Positions 1 to 10,029 are shown, counted from the first letter of the stretch. The stretch is 64,000 nucleotides of DNA from an uncultured Clostridia bacterium (GCA_947626925.1 CANQTU010000001.1:2714-66713), one strand, 5' to 3'. The notes: generated by a model from the sequence alone, not told the origin. Program-made: numbers and translations.

Positions 1-722
1 TTTTCAAAATTGTGTAATGTTACAACTTCCGCTTCTATTAATTCTTTACAAAAGTTTTCATATTCATCTTTATCCATTGGAAGATTAATATAACTTTGTT
101 CTTCTTTTTGTTGTTCTAGTCGTTTTTTCCATTGTTCTTGTGTTTCATCTTTTTTCTTTTCTTGCTGATAACGGTTACCATAGAAAGCTATATTAAAATT
201 AATGCTATTTTTTTCAATAATTGGTGCTGCCGCATCATAAAAATATAATTTATCTTGACCTGTTATTTCTTGAATTTGATTTGCCAATTTTTCTGATGTT
301 AATGGACCTGTAGCAATTATTACTATTCCATCTTTTATCATTTCTTTAATATCTGTAACTTCTTCATTTATTATTTCAATATATGGATTTTCTTTTATTG
401 CTTTTGTAACTTTTTTAGCAAATGCTTCTCTATCTACTGCTAATGCTTGTCCTGCTGGCACACTAGTTTCATCTGCAATTTTAATTAATAATGAATCTAG
501 TTTCCTTAATTCTTCTTTTAGCAAGCCACATGCATTTGTTAATAAATTAGATTTAAAAGAATTACTGCATACAATTTCCGCTAAGTTATTATTACTATGT
601 GCAGGGGTGAATTTTTTTGGTTTCATTTCATATAGTTTCACTTTTATTTTTTGTTTTGCAATTTGGTAGGCTGCTTCGCATCCTGCTAAACCTCCTCCAA
701 TTACTGTTATATAATCTTTCAT
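1..722 (-). CDS. trmFO: tRNA (uracil-5-)-methyltransferase TrmFO/Gid, N-terminal part (3' end runs off the window)
   Basis: Reverse-strand translation from ATG (722-720): MKDYITVIGGGLAGCEAAYQIAKQKIKVKLYEMKPKKFTPAHSNNNLAEIVCSNSFKS... This shows an FAD GxGxxG motif and TrmFO-type N-terminus. It is absent from the ORF track because it has no stop inside the window. Confidence 0.8.
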   Translation of the reverse strand, partial: MKDYITVIGGGLAGCEAAYQIAKQKIKVKLYEMKPKKFTPAHSNNNLAEIVCSNSFKSNLLTNACGLLKEELRKLDSLLIKIADETSVPAGQALAVDREAFAKKVTKAIKENPYIEIINEEVTDIKEMIKDGIVIIATGPLTSEKLANQIQEITGQDKLYFYDAAAPIIEKNSINFNIAFYGNRYQQEKKKDETQEQWKKRLEQQKEEQSYINLPMDKDEYENFCKELIEAEVVTLHNFE

Positions 723-750
723 CTTTTTTTCTCTTTCTTTATTTTTATAA

Positions 751-777
751 ATGGGCAAGGTTTAATTCCTTGCCCAT
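751..777 (-). terminator. hairpin downstream of the SCIFF gene (atgggcaagg-N7-ccttgcccat)
   Basis: Perfect 10-bp inverted repeat between the SCIFF stop and the trmFO start. The following T-run is weak. Confidence 0.5.
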
Positions 778-786
778 CTTAAACTA

Positions 787-942
787 TTAATCTCCACGCT
801 CAATTTCTTTTTTTTCGCAGGATTGGTTTCCTACAGTGCAAGAGGTTTTGCATGCAGATTGGCAAGAAGTTTGGCATTCGCCACATCCTCCTGTCCTTAC
901 CGTTCTTTGGAGGTTTGCTCCTAAGGTCTTAATATGTTTCAT
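787..942 (-). CDS. scfA: SCIFF (six-cysteines-in-forty-five) radical-SAM-modified peptide precursor, 51 aa
   Basis: Reverse-strand ORF MKHIKTLGANLQRTVRTGGCGECQTSCQSACKTSCTVGNQSCEKKEIERGD. It carries the characteristic GGCGECQTSCQSACKTSCTV core, and a GGAGGG RBS lies 7 nt upstream. It is below the ORF-track length cutoff. Confidence 0.9.
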   Translation of the reverse strand: MKHIKTLGANLQRTVRTGGCGECQTSCQSACKTSCTVGNQSCEKKEIERGD

Positions 943-1026
943 CTGGTCTACCCTCCTTTCGGAATTTTTAGTTTATTATATAATTTCTAAATATTTAGAA
1001 ATCTTGATTATTATACTACATTTTTT

Positions 1027-4000
1027 CTAATTAAACAAATTCATTATTTCTTCTTTTGATAATTTATTTATAAATGATGTTTTTGTGCTTAACATATTCT
1101 CTACTAATTCTGCCTTTTTTTGTTGCAATTCATAAATTTTTTCTTCTATTGAATTTTTAGTTATTAATTTATATACTTGTACATTATTTTTTTGTCCTAT
1201 TCTATAAGCCCTGTCTGTTGCTTGATTTTCTGCTGATAAATTCCACCATGGGTCATAATGTATTACCATATCTGCACCTGTTAAGTTTAAGCCTGTTCCC
1301 CCTGCTTTTAATGATATTAAAAATACTTTAATTTCTGGATTTTCATTAAATTCTTCTACTAATTGAATTCTTTCTTCTACCTTAGTACTTCCAGTTAGTT
1401 TAAAATATGGTATTTTTCTTTCTTTTAATTCTTTTTCCATAAATTCAAACATTGAAGTATAACCAGAAAACAATAGAATTTTGTGTCCTCCGTTTGTAGC
1501 ATCTTGGACAATTTCCATACATTGCTCTAATTTACTACTTCCGTCTTTATAGTTTTCTATAAATAAGCCTGGATGGCAACATATTTGTCTTAACCTTGTT
1601 AGTGCAGCTAATATTTGTATTTGACTTCTCTCATAACCATTTAATTCAATTTCGTCTACTATTTCTTGTTTTGCATCTAATAAATAAGATAAGTATATGT
1701 TTTTTTGTTCTTCTCCCATTTCATTATTTAATATAGTTACAGTTTTTTCTGGTAATTCAGTTAATACTTCTTTTTTGCTTCTACGTAGAATGAATGGTGC
1801 AATTAACATTCTTAATTTGTTCATTACATCTTCATCTTCATCTTTTACAATTGGTGTTTCGTAAAGATTTTTGAATTTTCTATAACTAAATAGATAACCT
1901 GGCATTATAAAATCAAAAATTGACCATAATTCTGCCAAAGAATTTTCGATAGGTGTTCCAGTTAAAGCAAATCTAGTTTCTGCTTTAACTTGTTTAATAG
2001 ATTTAGCATTTTGTGTGTTACTGTTTTTTAAGTATTGTGCTTCATCTGCTATTATATATCTAAATGTATAATCTTGTTGTAAATATAATTCTATATCTCT
2101 TTTTAATAAATCATAAGATGTAATTACTAGGTCATATTTATCAATTTCTTTAATTTGACTTTTTCTTTCTGATAAGGTTCCCTTTATTACTAAAGTATTA
2201 AGGTCTTTTGCGAATTTTTTAGCTTCATTTTGCCAATTTAAAGTTAATGAACTAGGTGAAACTACTAAACTTGCTCGCTTTTTATTTTTCATTAACATGT
2301 CTATTTGTTCTTGACCTGGAATTATGTTTGTATCTTCTTGTACGTTTTGTACATAATCTACTATAATTGATAACATTTGGATTGTTTTTCCAAGCCCCAT
2401 GTCATCAGCTAAAATGCCACCAAATTTATAATTATCTAAAACTTTCAGCCATTTAAAACCAGTTTTTTGGTAGTATCTTAAAATATTATCTAAGTTTTTT
2501 GGTACCTGAAATTCTGTTTCTAATTGTTCTTTATTAAAATCACTTACCATTTCTCTGTACTTAGTGTTTTTAATAATTTGAGTACCTTTTATTTTTTTTA
2601 GTAATTCATTTAAGTATAAAGTGCGGTTAACAGGTAAACTTATTTCACCATTTTTTATTTCTTTATAACTAACATCCATTCCTGTTATTAATTTATTTAT
2701 AAAATCTATTTCTTGATTTTCTTCTAAATTAATAAAGCTTCCGTCTTTTAATCTATGATATTTTTTCTTTAAAGCATATCTTTCCATGATTTCTTCTAGC
2801 TCATCAAAATTAATATCCATACTTTTTAAATCAATTGAAAGTAAATTATTTTCTACCTTTACCCCTAAACTTCCAGTTTTAGGCTGACGAATTTGTTTTG
2901 CTTTAAATTTTTCAGTTGCCAAAATTTCAAATTTTTGTGTATAGTAGTTTATATCTTCTGTTAAAAATTCATAGATTTTATCATTATTTGCAATAATAAA
3001 TCTTAGGTTTTTACTGTCAAACATAAAACCCGTTTTCCTAAATATATTTAGTGCTTTTGTTTCTTGAATTATGTTTCGTGGAAAATTAAGTTTTAAGGTT
3101 TCATCTAAAGGATTAAATTCCTTATCTTCATAAATAAATTTCACATCTGCTATTAGATAATCGTTTTGGTCAAAGTCTAGATATACCTTTACTTCTAACT
3201 CTTTTGGTTTGTAACTTGCTATTTCTTCTTCAGACATGTTTTCTATTTTTATTGCATTTTTTACTTTTGGAATAATTACAGAAAATAAATCTGTTAAATT
3301 TTCTTTTCCTAAAGACACTTCTGTTAAATAGTTTTGCCTGAATAATTCTAATAATTTTAAATTTGTATTTTCAAATTCTTTTGTACAACGGTACAGTTTT
3401 TGTTGATCTAACACATATTTATATTGTTTTCCTGTTATTATTGTTACTTGAAAAATTTCTATATTAGGTATTATTATATATTGTTTTTCATCTATTTTCT
3501 TTAGCTTAAATTCTATTTTTGGCTGTTCATCTGTGAATTCTATTTCTTCTATATGATAATCTTTTTGAATTGATACTTTTTTGCCTTTTAAAACATCAAA
3601 TAAATCATCAATACCGCTATTTCCTAAAAGTATGCTTGTTTCGCTTAATGCTTTTCCATAATATCTATAATTACTATTTGAATTGGAGTTGGCATATTTT
3701 ATGATTTCTGCATATTGCATTATAAAATCTAATAATGGTTTACTATCTTCTTCAAATACTTCTCTAGTATGAATAAATTGCAATTTTTCACCATATCTGT
3801 AGAATTCTTTTTGCATCATTCTTGTATAAAATTCTGATAGGTCTTTTATTTTATACATTTTTTTGTCACCAATTTTAAATTCTACCCTCATGTCTCCTGT
3901 GAATTTGTCATATAAAACAAAAGGTTCTATTTTTATAGTTCCTTTATTTTTTAGAATTATTTCTTCTTCTTGATTAATTCCATCTATTTCTTCGTTATAA

Positions 4001-4062
4001 AATATGTTTACAATTTGCTTGAAATTTCTATAATTTTCAACACTTTTAGGTTTGTTTGGCAT
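1027..4062 (-). CDS. SNF2-family DEAD/DEAH-box helicase (YwqA/RapA-like), 1011 aa
   Basis: SNF2_N motifs ILADDMGLGKT, IIADEAQYLKN and LTGTPIENSLAELWSIFDF. Helicase-C motifs GGTGLNLTGAD and ATDRAYRIGQ. Confidence 0.9.
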   Translation of the reverse strand: MPNKPKSVENYRNFKQIVNIFYNEEIDGINQEEEIILKNKGTIKIEPFVLYDKFTGDMRVEFKIGDKKMYKIKDLSEFYTRMMQKEFYRYGEKLQFIHTREVFEEDSKPLLDFIMQYAEIIKYANSNSNSNYRYYGKALSETSILLGNSGIDDLFDVLKGKKVSIQKDYHIEEIEFTDEQPKIEFKLKKIDEKQYIIIPNIEIFQVTIITGKQYKYVLDQQKLYRCTKEFENTNLKLLELFRQNYLTEVSLGKENLTDLFSVIIPKVKNAIKIENMSEEEIASYKPKELEVKVYLDFDQNDYLIADVKFIYEDKEFNPLDETLKLNFPRNIIQETKALNIFRKTGFMFDSKNLRFIIANNDKIYEFLTEDINYYTQKFEILATEKFKAKQIRQPKTGSLGVKVENNLLSIDLKSMDINFDELEEIMERYALKKKYHRLKDGSFINLEENQEIDFINKLITGMDVSYKEIKNGEISLPVNRTLYLNELLKKIKGTQIIKNTKYREMVSDFNKEQLETEFQVPKNLDNILRYYQKTGFKWLKVLDNYKFGGILADDMGLGKTIQMLSIIVDYVQNVQEDTNIIPGQEQIDMLMKNKKRASLVVSPSSLTLNWQNEAKKFAKDLNTLVIKGTLSERKSQIKEIDKYDLVITSYDLLKRDIELYLQQDYTFRYIIADEAQYLKNSNTQNAKSIKQVKAETRFALTGTPIENSLAELWSIFDFIMPGYLFSYRKFKNLYETPIVKDEDEDVMNKLRMLIAPFILRRSKKEVLTELPEKTVTILNNEMGEEQKNIYLSYLLDAKQEIVDEIELNGYERSQIQILAALTRLRQICCHPGLFIENYKDGSSKLEQCMEIVQDATNGGHKILLFSGYTSMFEFMEKELKERKIPYFKLTGSTKVEERIQLVEEFNENPEIKVFLISLKAGGTGLNLTGADMVIHYDPWWNLSAENQATDRAYRIGQKNNVQVYKLITKNSIEEKIYELQQKKAELVENMLSTKTSFINKLSKEEIMNLFN

Positions 4063-4205
4063 GATTTTTCTCCTCTTCTCGGCATAGTATTATATTATAA
4101 AATGAGAGAAAAATCAAGTGCTCGATTCATGAATTTTTATTTTTCTATTTCCTTTTTTTATTTTTTGTAATAGAATATAATACAATAATAAGGGAGGTAA
4201 TAAGA

Positions 4206-5201
4206 TTGAAAAATTTCAAAGTTGCTATTGTTGGTGCAACAGGTCTTGTTGGTAGAGCCGTTATGCAAGTGTTAGAAGAGAAAAATTTACCTATTGAAAG
4301 TTATGGATTATTTGCTACCGCCAAGTCTGCTGGTACTGTTTTTTCTATTCTTGGTAAAGAATATGTAGTTGAGGAATTAACTGAGCATTCTTTTGATTCT
4401 GGCTTTGATTTTGCTATTTTTTCTGCAGGTGGTGAAACTTCTAAAAAGTACGCACCTATTGCTGCTGAAAAAGGTTGCATAGTTGTTGATAATAGTAGTT
4501 ATTTTAGAATGGACACCAGTGTTCCTTTGGTAGTTCCTGAAGTAAATATGGAAGATGCTTTTAACCATCATGGTATTATTGCTAATCCAAATTGTTCTAC
4601 TATTCAAGCTATGTTGCCTTTGAAAGCTTTAGATGATAAGTATAATATTAAAAGAGTGGTTTATTCTACTTATCAAGCTGTTTCTGGCGCTGGTAAAAAT
4701 GCTTTATATGATTTAGAAAATATTGATAATAAAGAGCCTCTGAAAAAATTCCCATATCCTATTTACAATAATTGTTTGCCACATATTGATAATTTTATGG
4801 AAAATGGATATACAAAAGAAGAAATGAAAATGATTAATGAAACAAGAAAAATTTTGCATAAACCAGATTTAAAAGTTACTGCAACTACGGTTAGAGTTCC
4901 AGTTAGAAATTCACATTCTGAGTCTATTAATTTGGAATTTGAAAAAAGTTTTGAGTTAGAAGAATTAGTTCAAACTTTGAAAGATTTCCCTAATATAATT
5001 GTTGAAGATGACACATCTAACAATTTATATCCTATGCCAATTAATGCAAGTGGTTATGATGAAGTATTTGTAGGCAGAATTCGTCGTGATTTCAGTGTTG
5101 ATTCTGGCATAAATCTTTGGGTAGTTGCTGATAATATTCGTAAAGGGGCTGCTAGTAACGCAGTTCAAATTGTGGAAAAATTAATGGAACACTACAATTA
5201 A
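4206..5201 (+). CDS. asd: aspartate-semialdehyde dehydrogenase
   Basis: TTG start preceded by a GGGAGG RBS. VAIVGATGLVGR NAD-binding motif, NPNCSTI active-site Cys, 331 aa, typical short Firmicute Asd. Confidence 0.9.
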   Translation: MKNFKVAIVGATGLVGRAVMQVLEEKNLPIESYGLFATAKSAGTVFSILGKEYVVEELTEHSFDSGFDFAIFSAGGETSKKYAPIAAEKGCIVVDNSSYFRMDTSVPLVVPEVNMEDAFNHHGIIANPNCSTIQAMLPLKALDDKYNIKRVVYSTYQAVSGAGKNALYDLENIDNKEPLKKFPYPIYNNCLPHIDNFMENGYTKEEMKMINETRKILHKPDLKVTATTVRVPVRNSHSESINLEFEKSFELEELVQTLKDFPNIIVEDDTSNNLYPMPINASGYDEVFVGRIRRDFSVDSGINLWVVADNIRKGAASNAVQIVEKLMEHYN

Positions 5202-5211
5202 ATTTAAAAAA

Positions 5212-5242
5212 CTTGCCAAAGGGGACTATCTTTTTTGGCAAG
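5212..5242. terminator. bidirectional hairpin between convergent asd and aspartokinase (cttgccaaa-N13-tttggcaag); member of the TTGCCAAA..TTTGGCAA family
   Basis: 9-bp perfect stem with A/T runs on both sides. Near-identical hairpins occur at 13809-13846 and 63050-63081. Confidence 0.6.
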
Positions 5243-5256
5243 TTTTTAGTTTATTT

Positions 5257-6441
5257 TTATTTTGTTATTAATTTTTCATGAATTTCATTTACTACATCAT
5301 TTGATATTTGTTTTGCTAAAATTTCTATTTTAGATTGTGTTAAGTGAATATCTATAATTTCAATATCATATTTTTTTAATATATTTATAGTTTGATTTAG
5401 TATTTTATTATCTTGAGTAATTCCATATCCAACTATTGTTAGCTTAGATAATATTTCTTGAGTCATTTCACAATATGGAAATTGTTTTTCTAATAATTCA
5501 CGCACTTTATTTTGTTCAGCTTTGTCAGTTCTAAATTTGACCTCATTTTTTTCTTTTCGGAAGGCTTCTGCGATAATGTTATTTTCTAGTAAAGTTTGGT
5601 ATATTGTATATACTTCTTTTTCTTCTATTAGAGTTGGTTTTTCCATTGTTATTGTAACTAATTTTTCATTTTTTGTTATACTTTTTACTTCTGCTGATTC
5701 AATTTTCTTACAGATTTTTGTTCCACCTTGGTCTGAAAAAGTCGATTTTGCTACAATATCACAGTTGAATTTTTTTCCTAGCTGGATACATCTGTTGTGC
5801 AATACTTTTGCACCTGAGTCTGCTATTTCTTGCATTTCGTCAAATGATATTTCGTCTAATCTTTTTGCTACTGTTATCATATTTGGATCTGCTGAATAAA
5901 TTCCGTCTACATCAGAAAATATATAGCATTTGTCTGCATTTAGTGCTACTTGCAAGGCAACTGCTGTTGTGTCTGATCCACCTCTTCCTAATGTTGTAAT
6001 GTCTTGTTTTTCGTCTATACCTTGAAACCCTGCTACAATTACAATTTTTCCTTTTTCTAATTCTTTTTCTAGCCTTTCTGTACATATTTGGTCAATTTTT
6101 GCAGTTTTATGAACTAAATTAGTCATTATTCCTGCTTGCCAACCAGTTAAAGATATTGCTGGATAGCCTTTTCTGTTTAATAATATGCTGAGTTTAGATG
6201 CTGTTATTTGTTCTCCTGTTGATAGTAACATATCCATTTCACGTTCTTCTGGAATTGCTGAAAGTTCTTGAGCTTCCTTAATTAAGTTGTCTGTTGTTTT
6301 TCCTTGTGCAGATACAACTACAACTACATTTTTTACCTCTTTTTTTATACTAATTACTTTTTCTGCTACAACATTTAATTTAATGTTGTCTGCTATGGAG
6401 CTTCCTCCGAATTTTAATACAACTGTGTTCATTTTCGTCAC
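5257..6441 (-). CDS. lysC: aspartate kinase (ATG at 6432 is the better-placed start behind AAAGGTG)
   Basis: VVLKFGGSSIAD and TLGRGGSDTTA kinase motifs, with C-terminal ACT-like region; 394 aa. Confidence 0.9.
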   Translation of the reverse strand: MTKMNTVVLKFGGSSIADNIKLNVVAEKVISIKKEVKNVVVVVSAQGKTTDNLIKEAQELSAIPEEREMDMLLSTGEQITASKLSILLNRKGYPAISLTGWQAGIMTNLVHKTAKIDQICTERLEKELEKGKIVIVAGFQGIDEKQDITTLGRGGSDTTAVALQVALNADKCYIFSDVDGIYSADPNMITVAKRLDEISFDEMQEIADSGAKVLHNRCIQLGKKFNCDIVAKSTFSDQGGTKICKKIESAEVKSITKNEKLVTITMEKPTLIEEKEVYTIYQTLLENNIIAEAFRKEKNEVKFRTDKAEQNKVRELLEKQFPYCEMTQEILSKLTIVGYGITQDNKILNQTINILKKYDIEIIDIHLTQSKIEILAKQISNDVVNEIHEKLITK

Positions 6442-6568
6442 ACCTTTATTTTTTCTAAGCTTTATTTAATTTAAAACAATGCTTCTTTTTTGTATTATAT
6501 TATATATATTTTTTTGTTTCAAGTTATTTACACAAAAACCCCTCAAACATAAAAATGTTTAAGAGGTT

Positions 6569-6727
6569 TTATTTAATAAAATCATTATTATCTTTTGATT
6601 CTTTGTAATGCTTTGCAATTAGTTCATCTAATTCTATACTTAGTTGATAAATAATATTATAGTCGTCTCCTTGTTCTATACTTTTATTTAGTTTATTTCT
6701 TAGTTCGCAAATTTCATCATTTAACAT
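6569..6727 (-). CDS. Spo0E-family sporulation regulatory aspartyl-phosphate phosphatase, 52 aa
   Basis: Reverse-strand ORF MLNDEICELRNKLNKSIEQGDDYNIIYQLSIELDELIAKHYKESKDNNDFIK with a GGAGAA RBS. The IxxLRxxL...SxELDxLI pattern is typical of Spo0E-like proteins. It is below the ORF-track cutoff. Confidence 0.7.
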   Translation of the reverse strand: MLNDEICELRNKLNKSIEQGDDYNIIYQLSIELDELIAKHYKESKDNNDFIK

Positions 6728-6868
6728 ATTTTTTCTCCTTTTTTATTCATTTGTCTTTTGCCTATTTATAAATTACCACAAGATGTTTCTCAAGTCAAGT
6801 ATTTTCAAGGCTTTTTGCCAACTTTCGTGCGACTTTTTAACGTGTTTTTCGACATGCTTCGACAGCAG

Positions 6869-6907
6869 AAAACGGCATCTTTATTTTTGTATAAAAATTG
6901 CCGTTTT
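6869..6907 (-). terminator. possible hairpin terminator after the M16 peptidase pair (aaaacggca-N21-tgccgtttt)
   Basis: 9-bp inverted repeat just 3' of the gene ending at 6925. The loop is long and the T-run poor. Confidence 0.35.
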
Positions 6908-6924
6908 TCCTACATTTTTCTTTT

Positions 6925-8211
6925 TTAATTTTTTACAACTGAAAGAATCATTTTTTCTTCTTTAAAGACATCTTTTAATATTTGTTCTAAATATTCTACA
7001 GTAATCCCCTTCATTTCCTCTAAATAGTCAAAGCTATTTATACCTTTAAAATAATCTGCTAAAAACATTCTTGCTATATCTGCTACATCATTATATTCCT
7101 TTACATATCCACCATATATCATTTTTTTGATACGGTTAAAATCATCTTCATTAATGCCTTCCATTTTCATTTTTAAAACTTCTTGTTTGAATTTTTCATA
7201 TACTTTTTCTGGATTAGGAGATTGTCCATTTATTAAAGCATGTGCGTAAATGTTAGTAAATTCGTATTCAACACTTGGTTGAGCAAAAATAATTCCATTA
7301 TTATATAGTTCTTTATATAAATTTGAACTTCTACCTATAATTAAGTTTAATAAAATTTCCATTGCTATGTGTTTTTTTACAAGCTCTTTTTGAGCACTAG
7401 AATTGCAATTTTTTACGTTATCCTTAATTCCAATTGTATATAAAGGTTGACTAACTTCTAACTTTTGCTCTATTTTTTCTTGTACAATTTCTTCAGGCTC
7501 GTCCGGATAAATTCTTTTAATTTCTCCATTTGCTTTTGTTTCTAATAACCTTTTTTTGACTTCTTCTATTATTTGTTCTGGCTCAAAATCTCCACATATT
7601 ACTAATGCCATATTTGATGGATTATAAAATGTATTATAACATTTATATAAAATTTCTTTGTCGATTTTGCTGATAGTTTCTATTGTTCCTACAATGTCTA
7701 TTTTTACAGGATTATTATGGTACATTGCTGACATTGCATTTAAGTATACACGCCATTCTGGGTAATCGTCATACATCATTATTTCTTGCCCAATAATTCC
7801 TTTTTCCTTTTCTACATTTTCATCAGTAAAATAAGGATGTTGAACATAGTCCATTAATTCGTCCATTGCTTCATAAAAATTGTCTGTACATTCAAATAAA
7901 TATGCTGTATGGTCATTTGTAGTGTATGCGTTTGCATCTACTCCTAATGCTGTTAAAACATCTAAACTATTATGTCCATTTTCTTGTTCAAACATTTTAT
8001 GCTCTAAAAAATGTGCAACTCCATTAGGAACAGTTGTTATTTCATCTTCTCCAGGAACAACAAAACTGCTTTCATTTGAGCCATAATATGTTCCCCAAAT
8101 CATGTATTTTTTCTCCATTCCATGTTTGGGAATTATCATAACTGTTAAGCCATTTTCTAATTTTTCAGTATATACTTTTTCTTTGACTTTTAAATTTTCA
8201 ATAACTTGCAC
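6925..8211 (-). CDS. M16 (insulinase/pitrilysin) family zinc peptidase, active-type subunit (YmfH-like)
   Basis: HFLEHKMF matches the inverted zinc motif HxxEH; 428 aa. It is paired with an upstream M16-like gene. Confidence 0.85.
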   Translation of the reverse strand: MQVIENLKVKEKVYTEKLENGLTVMIIPKHGMEKKYMIWGTYYGSNESSFVVPGEDEITTVPNGVAHFLEHKMFEQENGHNSLDVLTALGVDANAYTTNDHTAYLFECTDNFYEAMDELMDYVQHPYFTDENVEKEKGIIGQEIMMYDDYPEWRVYLNAMSAMYHNNPVKIDIVGTIETISKIDKEILYKCYNTFYNPSNMALVICGDFEPEQIIEEVKKRLLETKANGEIKRIYPDEPEEIVQEKIEQKLEVSQPLYTIGIKDNVKNCNSSAQKELVKKHIAMEILLNLIIGRSSNLYKELYNNGIIFAQPSVEYEFTNIYAHALINGQSPNPEKVYEKFKQEVLKMKMEGINEDDFNRIKKMIYGGYVKEYNDVADIARMFLADYFKGINSFDYLEEMKGITVEYLEQILKDVFKEEKMILSVVKN

Positions 8212-8223
8212 TTTTTTACCTCC

Positions 8224-9495
8224 TTAATCCTTTAAAAAATATATTGTGTTAATTGCTACATTTTTTGCAATATTCATAATATTGTCTTTGCTGACTTTTT
8301 GTATTCTATTTTCGTATTCTTCTATAGTAACATTTGATTGTGATAATTCTTGTCCAAAATAATAAGTAATACCAGTATCTTGTTCGTCATCTATGGTTTT
8401 TATGGTAGCAATTATTCCTTTTTTAGCATTTTGAATGTCTTCTTCGGTGAAGTTACCGTTTTTCATATCTTCAATTTGCTGTTTTATTAATTCTAATGCT
8501 TTTTCATAATTTCCAATTTCAATTCCACAATTAATAAAAATATTATTTTTGAATCTTAAATAACTTGAACTTGCTACATATGCTAAATGTGCTTTTTCTC
8601 TAACGTTTTGGAACATTTTAGAATTAGCACTTCCTCCTAAAATGCTGTTATAAATAAGTACATCATATCTTAAGTCTTCATCTTCTAAATGAACATCTAG
8701 TCCTAAAATTAATTTGCCTTGTGTTACTTCCATAGATTCTGTAATATTTTTTTCTTGTTCTGGAAGTTTTTTATTTAATTCTTTTGGAATAACATAGTTA
8801 GGTTCTCTATTTTCTAACTTTTGCAAGTTTTCATTGTTTGAAACTAATTTTTCTATTTGCTCTGGAATAATACCAGATATAAATATGTCAATTTTACATG
8901 ATTGAATAAGTTCTTGATAGTAACTATACAAATTTTTGCCGTCCATTGTTTCTAAATCTTCTATATATCCAAATTTGTATAATCCAAATGGCTCGTTTTT
9001 ATACATTTCTTCTATGCATCTATCCATGCTGTATCTGGCTTTGTTGTCAATTTTTCCTTCTATTCTTTGTTTTATATTATTTTTTTCTTGTTCTACATAT
9101 TGGGGCTTAAATCCTTCGTTTTCTATATAAGGATTAAAAACTATTTCAAGTAATTTTTGTATTGATGTTTGCATTATGTTTTCGCTTTTTTCTGGCAAAA
9201 AGTTATCATTTATAGTTTCTAAATAAAACTTTAATACTTGGTTATCTCCTGTTTTGTCTAGTCCACAGTCAAAACTAGCACCATACATTTCTTCCATTTG
9301 CTTGCTTATTTCTTCTTGTGATGGCATTGTTTTTGAGCCTCTTCTTAATATGGCTGAAATTACAGCATTTTTGGTTACATTTTCCCTGTCTAGTTTTGTT
9401 GTTAAAAATACTGCAATTAAGTTTGTTTTAAATTTGTCTGTTGAAATTGTGTGTAATTTGATTCCTTTTTTTAATTCTGTTTGTTTATATTCCAT
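8224..9495 (-). CDS. M16-family peptidase-like protein lacking the HxxEH motif (YmfF-like partner)
   Basis: 423 aa with an M16 fold-like N-terminus but no HxxEH. It lies 12 nt upstream of the active-type paralog. Confidence 0.8.
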   Translation of the reverse strand: MEYKQTELKKGIKLHTISTDKFKTNLIAVFLTTKLDRENVTKNAVISAILRRGSKTMPSQEEISKQMEEMYGASFDCGLDKTGDNQVLKFYLETINDNFLPEKSENIMQTSIQKLLEIVFNPYIENEGFKPQYVEQEKNNIKQRIEGKIDNKARYSMDRCIEEMYKNEPFGLYKFGYIEDLETMDGKNLYSYYQELIQSCKIDIFISGIIPEQIEKLVSNNENLQKLENREPNYVIPKELNKKLPEQEKNITESMEVTQGKLILGLDVHLEDEDLRYDVLIYNSILGGSANSKMFQNVREKAHLAYVASSSYLRFKNNIFINCGIEIGNYEKALELIKQQIEDMKNGNFTEEDIQNAKKGIIATIKTIDDEQDTGITYYFGQELSQSNVTIEEYENRIQKVSKDNIMNIAKNVAINTIYFLKD

Positions 9496-9551
9496 TTGTT
9501 CTCCTCCCTTTCATTTATTATACTACATTTTTACTATATTTATACTGCTTT

Positions 9552-9682
9552 AAATAATTATATTTTATTATAACTGCGTAAGCGACCAAACGAGTGAAAC
9601 GAGTGCGATTGGAGCAACTTACATACAGTATTTTTATTATGGAAGTTGCGACACACAAAGTTATAATAAAATATAATTATTT
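9552..9682. repeat. 24-bp perfect inverted repeat (aaataattatattttattataact / agttataataaaatataattattt) flanking an 83-nt GC-richer spacer
   Basis: Arms at 9552-9575 and 9659-9682 are exact reverse complements. The spacer has its own hairpin (gcaactt..aagttgc). The element lies between rpsU and the M16 operon. Confidence 0.85.
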
Positions 9683-9763
9683 GAAGCTAAATGAATGTAG
9701 CTATTTTTAATAAAAAAATGGAAGCTTCAAGCATCCTACACCCTCAACTTCCAATCCATTTTT

Positions 9764-9934
9764 TTAAAATTTTCTTTTCCTAGCTGCCTCTGATTTTTTC
9801 TTTCTTTTTACACTAGGTTTTTCATAGTGTTCTCTTTTACGTACTTCTTGAAGTACTCCATTTCTTGCACATTGTCTTTTAAACCTTTTTAGTGCATCTT
9901 CTATATTACCATTATTAACTTTAATTTCTGACAT
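9764..9934 (-). CDS. rpsU: 30S ribosomal protein S21, 56 aa
   Basis: Reverse-strand [59 protein letters not shown] with a GGAGGGG RBS. It is below the ORF-track cutoff. Confidence 0.92.
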   Translation of the reverse strand: MSEIKVNNGNIEDALKRFKRQCARNGVLQEVRKREHYEKPSVKRKKKSEAARKRKF

Positions 9935-9997
9935 TTATATTCCCCTCCTTCCGGTCCATACAAAACGGTATGTGGGATAACCCTTTTAACGATACTT

Positions 9998-10026
9998 ATT
10001 ATACATTAAAGCATAACGCTTGTCAA
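9998..10026 (-). promoter_or_regulatory. sigma-A type promoter for rpsU (TTGACA-17 nt-TATAAT)
   Basis: Sense strand reads ttgacaagcgttatgctttaatgtataat. A structured leader (ccacataccgttttgtatgg) follows before the RBS. Confidence 0.55.
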
Positions 10027-10029
10027 TAG

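Noticed and set aside
836-1030. Track ORF (+, 64 aa) overlapping the SCIFF locus
   Set aside because: It is antisense to the well-supported SCIFF gene with its strong RBS. The translation is low-complexity and lacks an RBS.
6442-6568. Possible lysine riboswitch or T-box leader upstream of aspartokinase
   Set aside because: I looked for L-box or T-box hallmark sequences and found only an AT-rich leader and a hairpin that serves as the spo0E-like gene terminator. No conserved riboswitch core was recognisable by eye.
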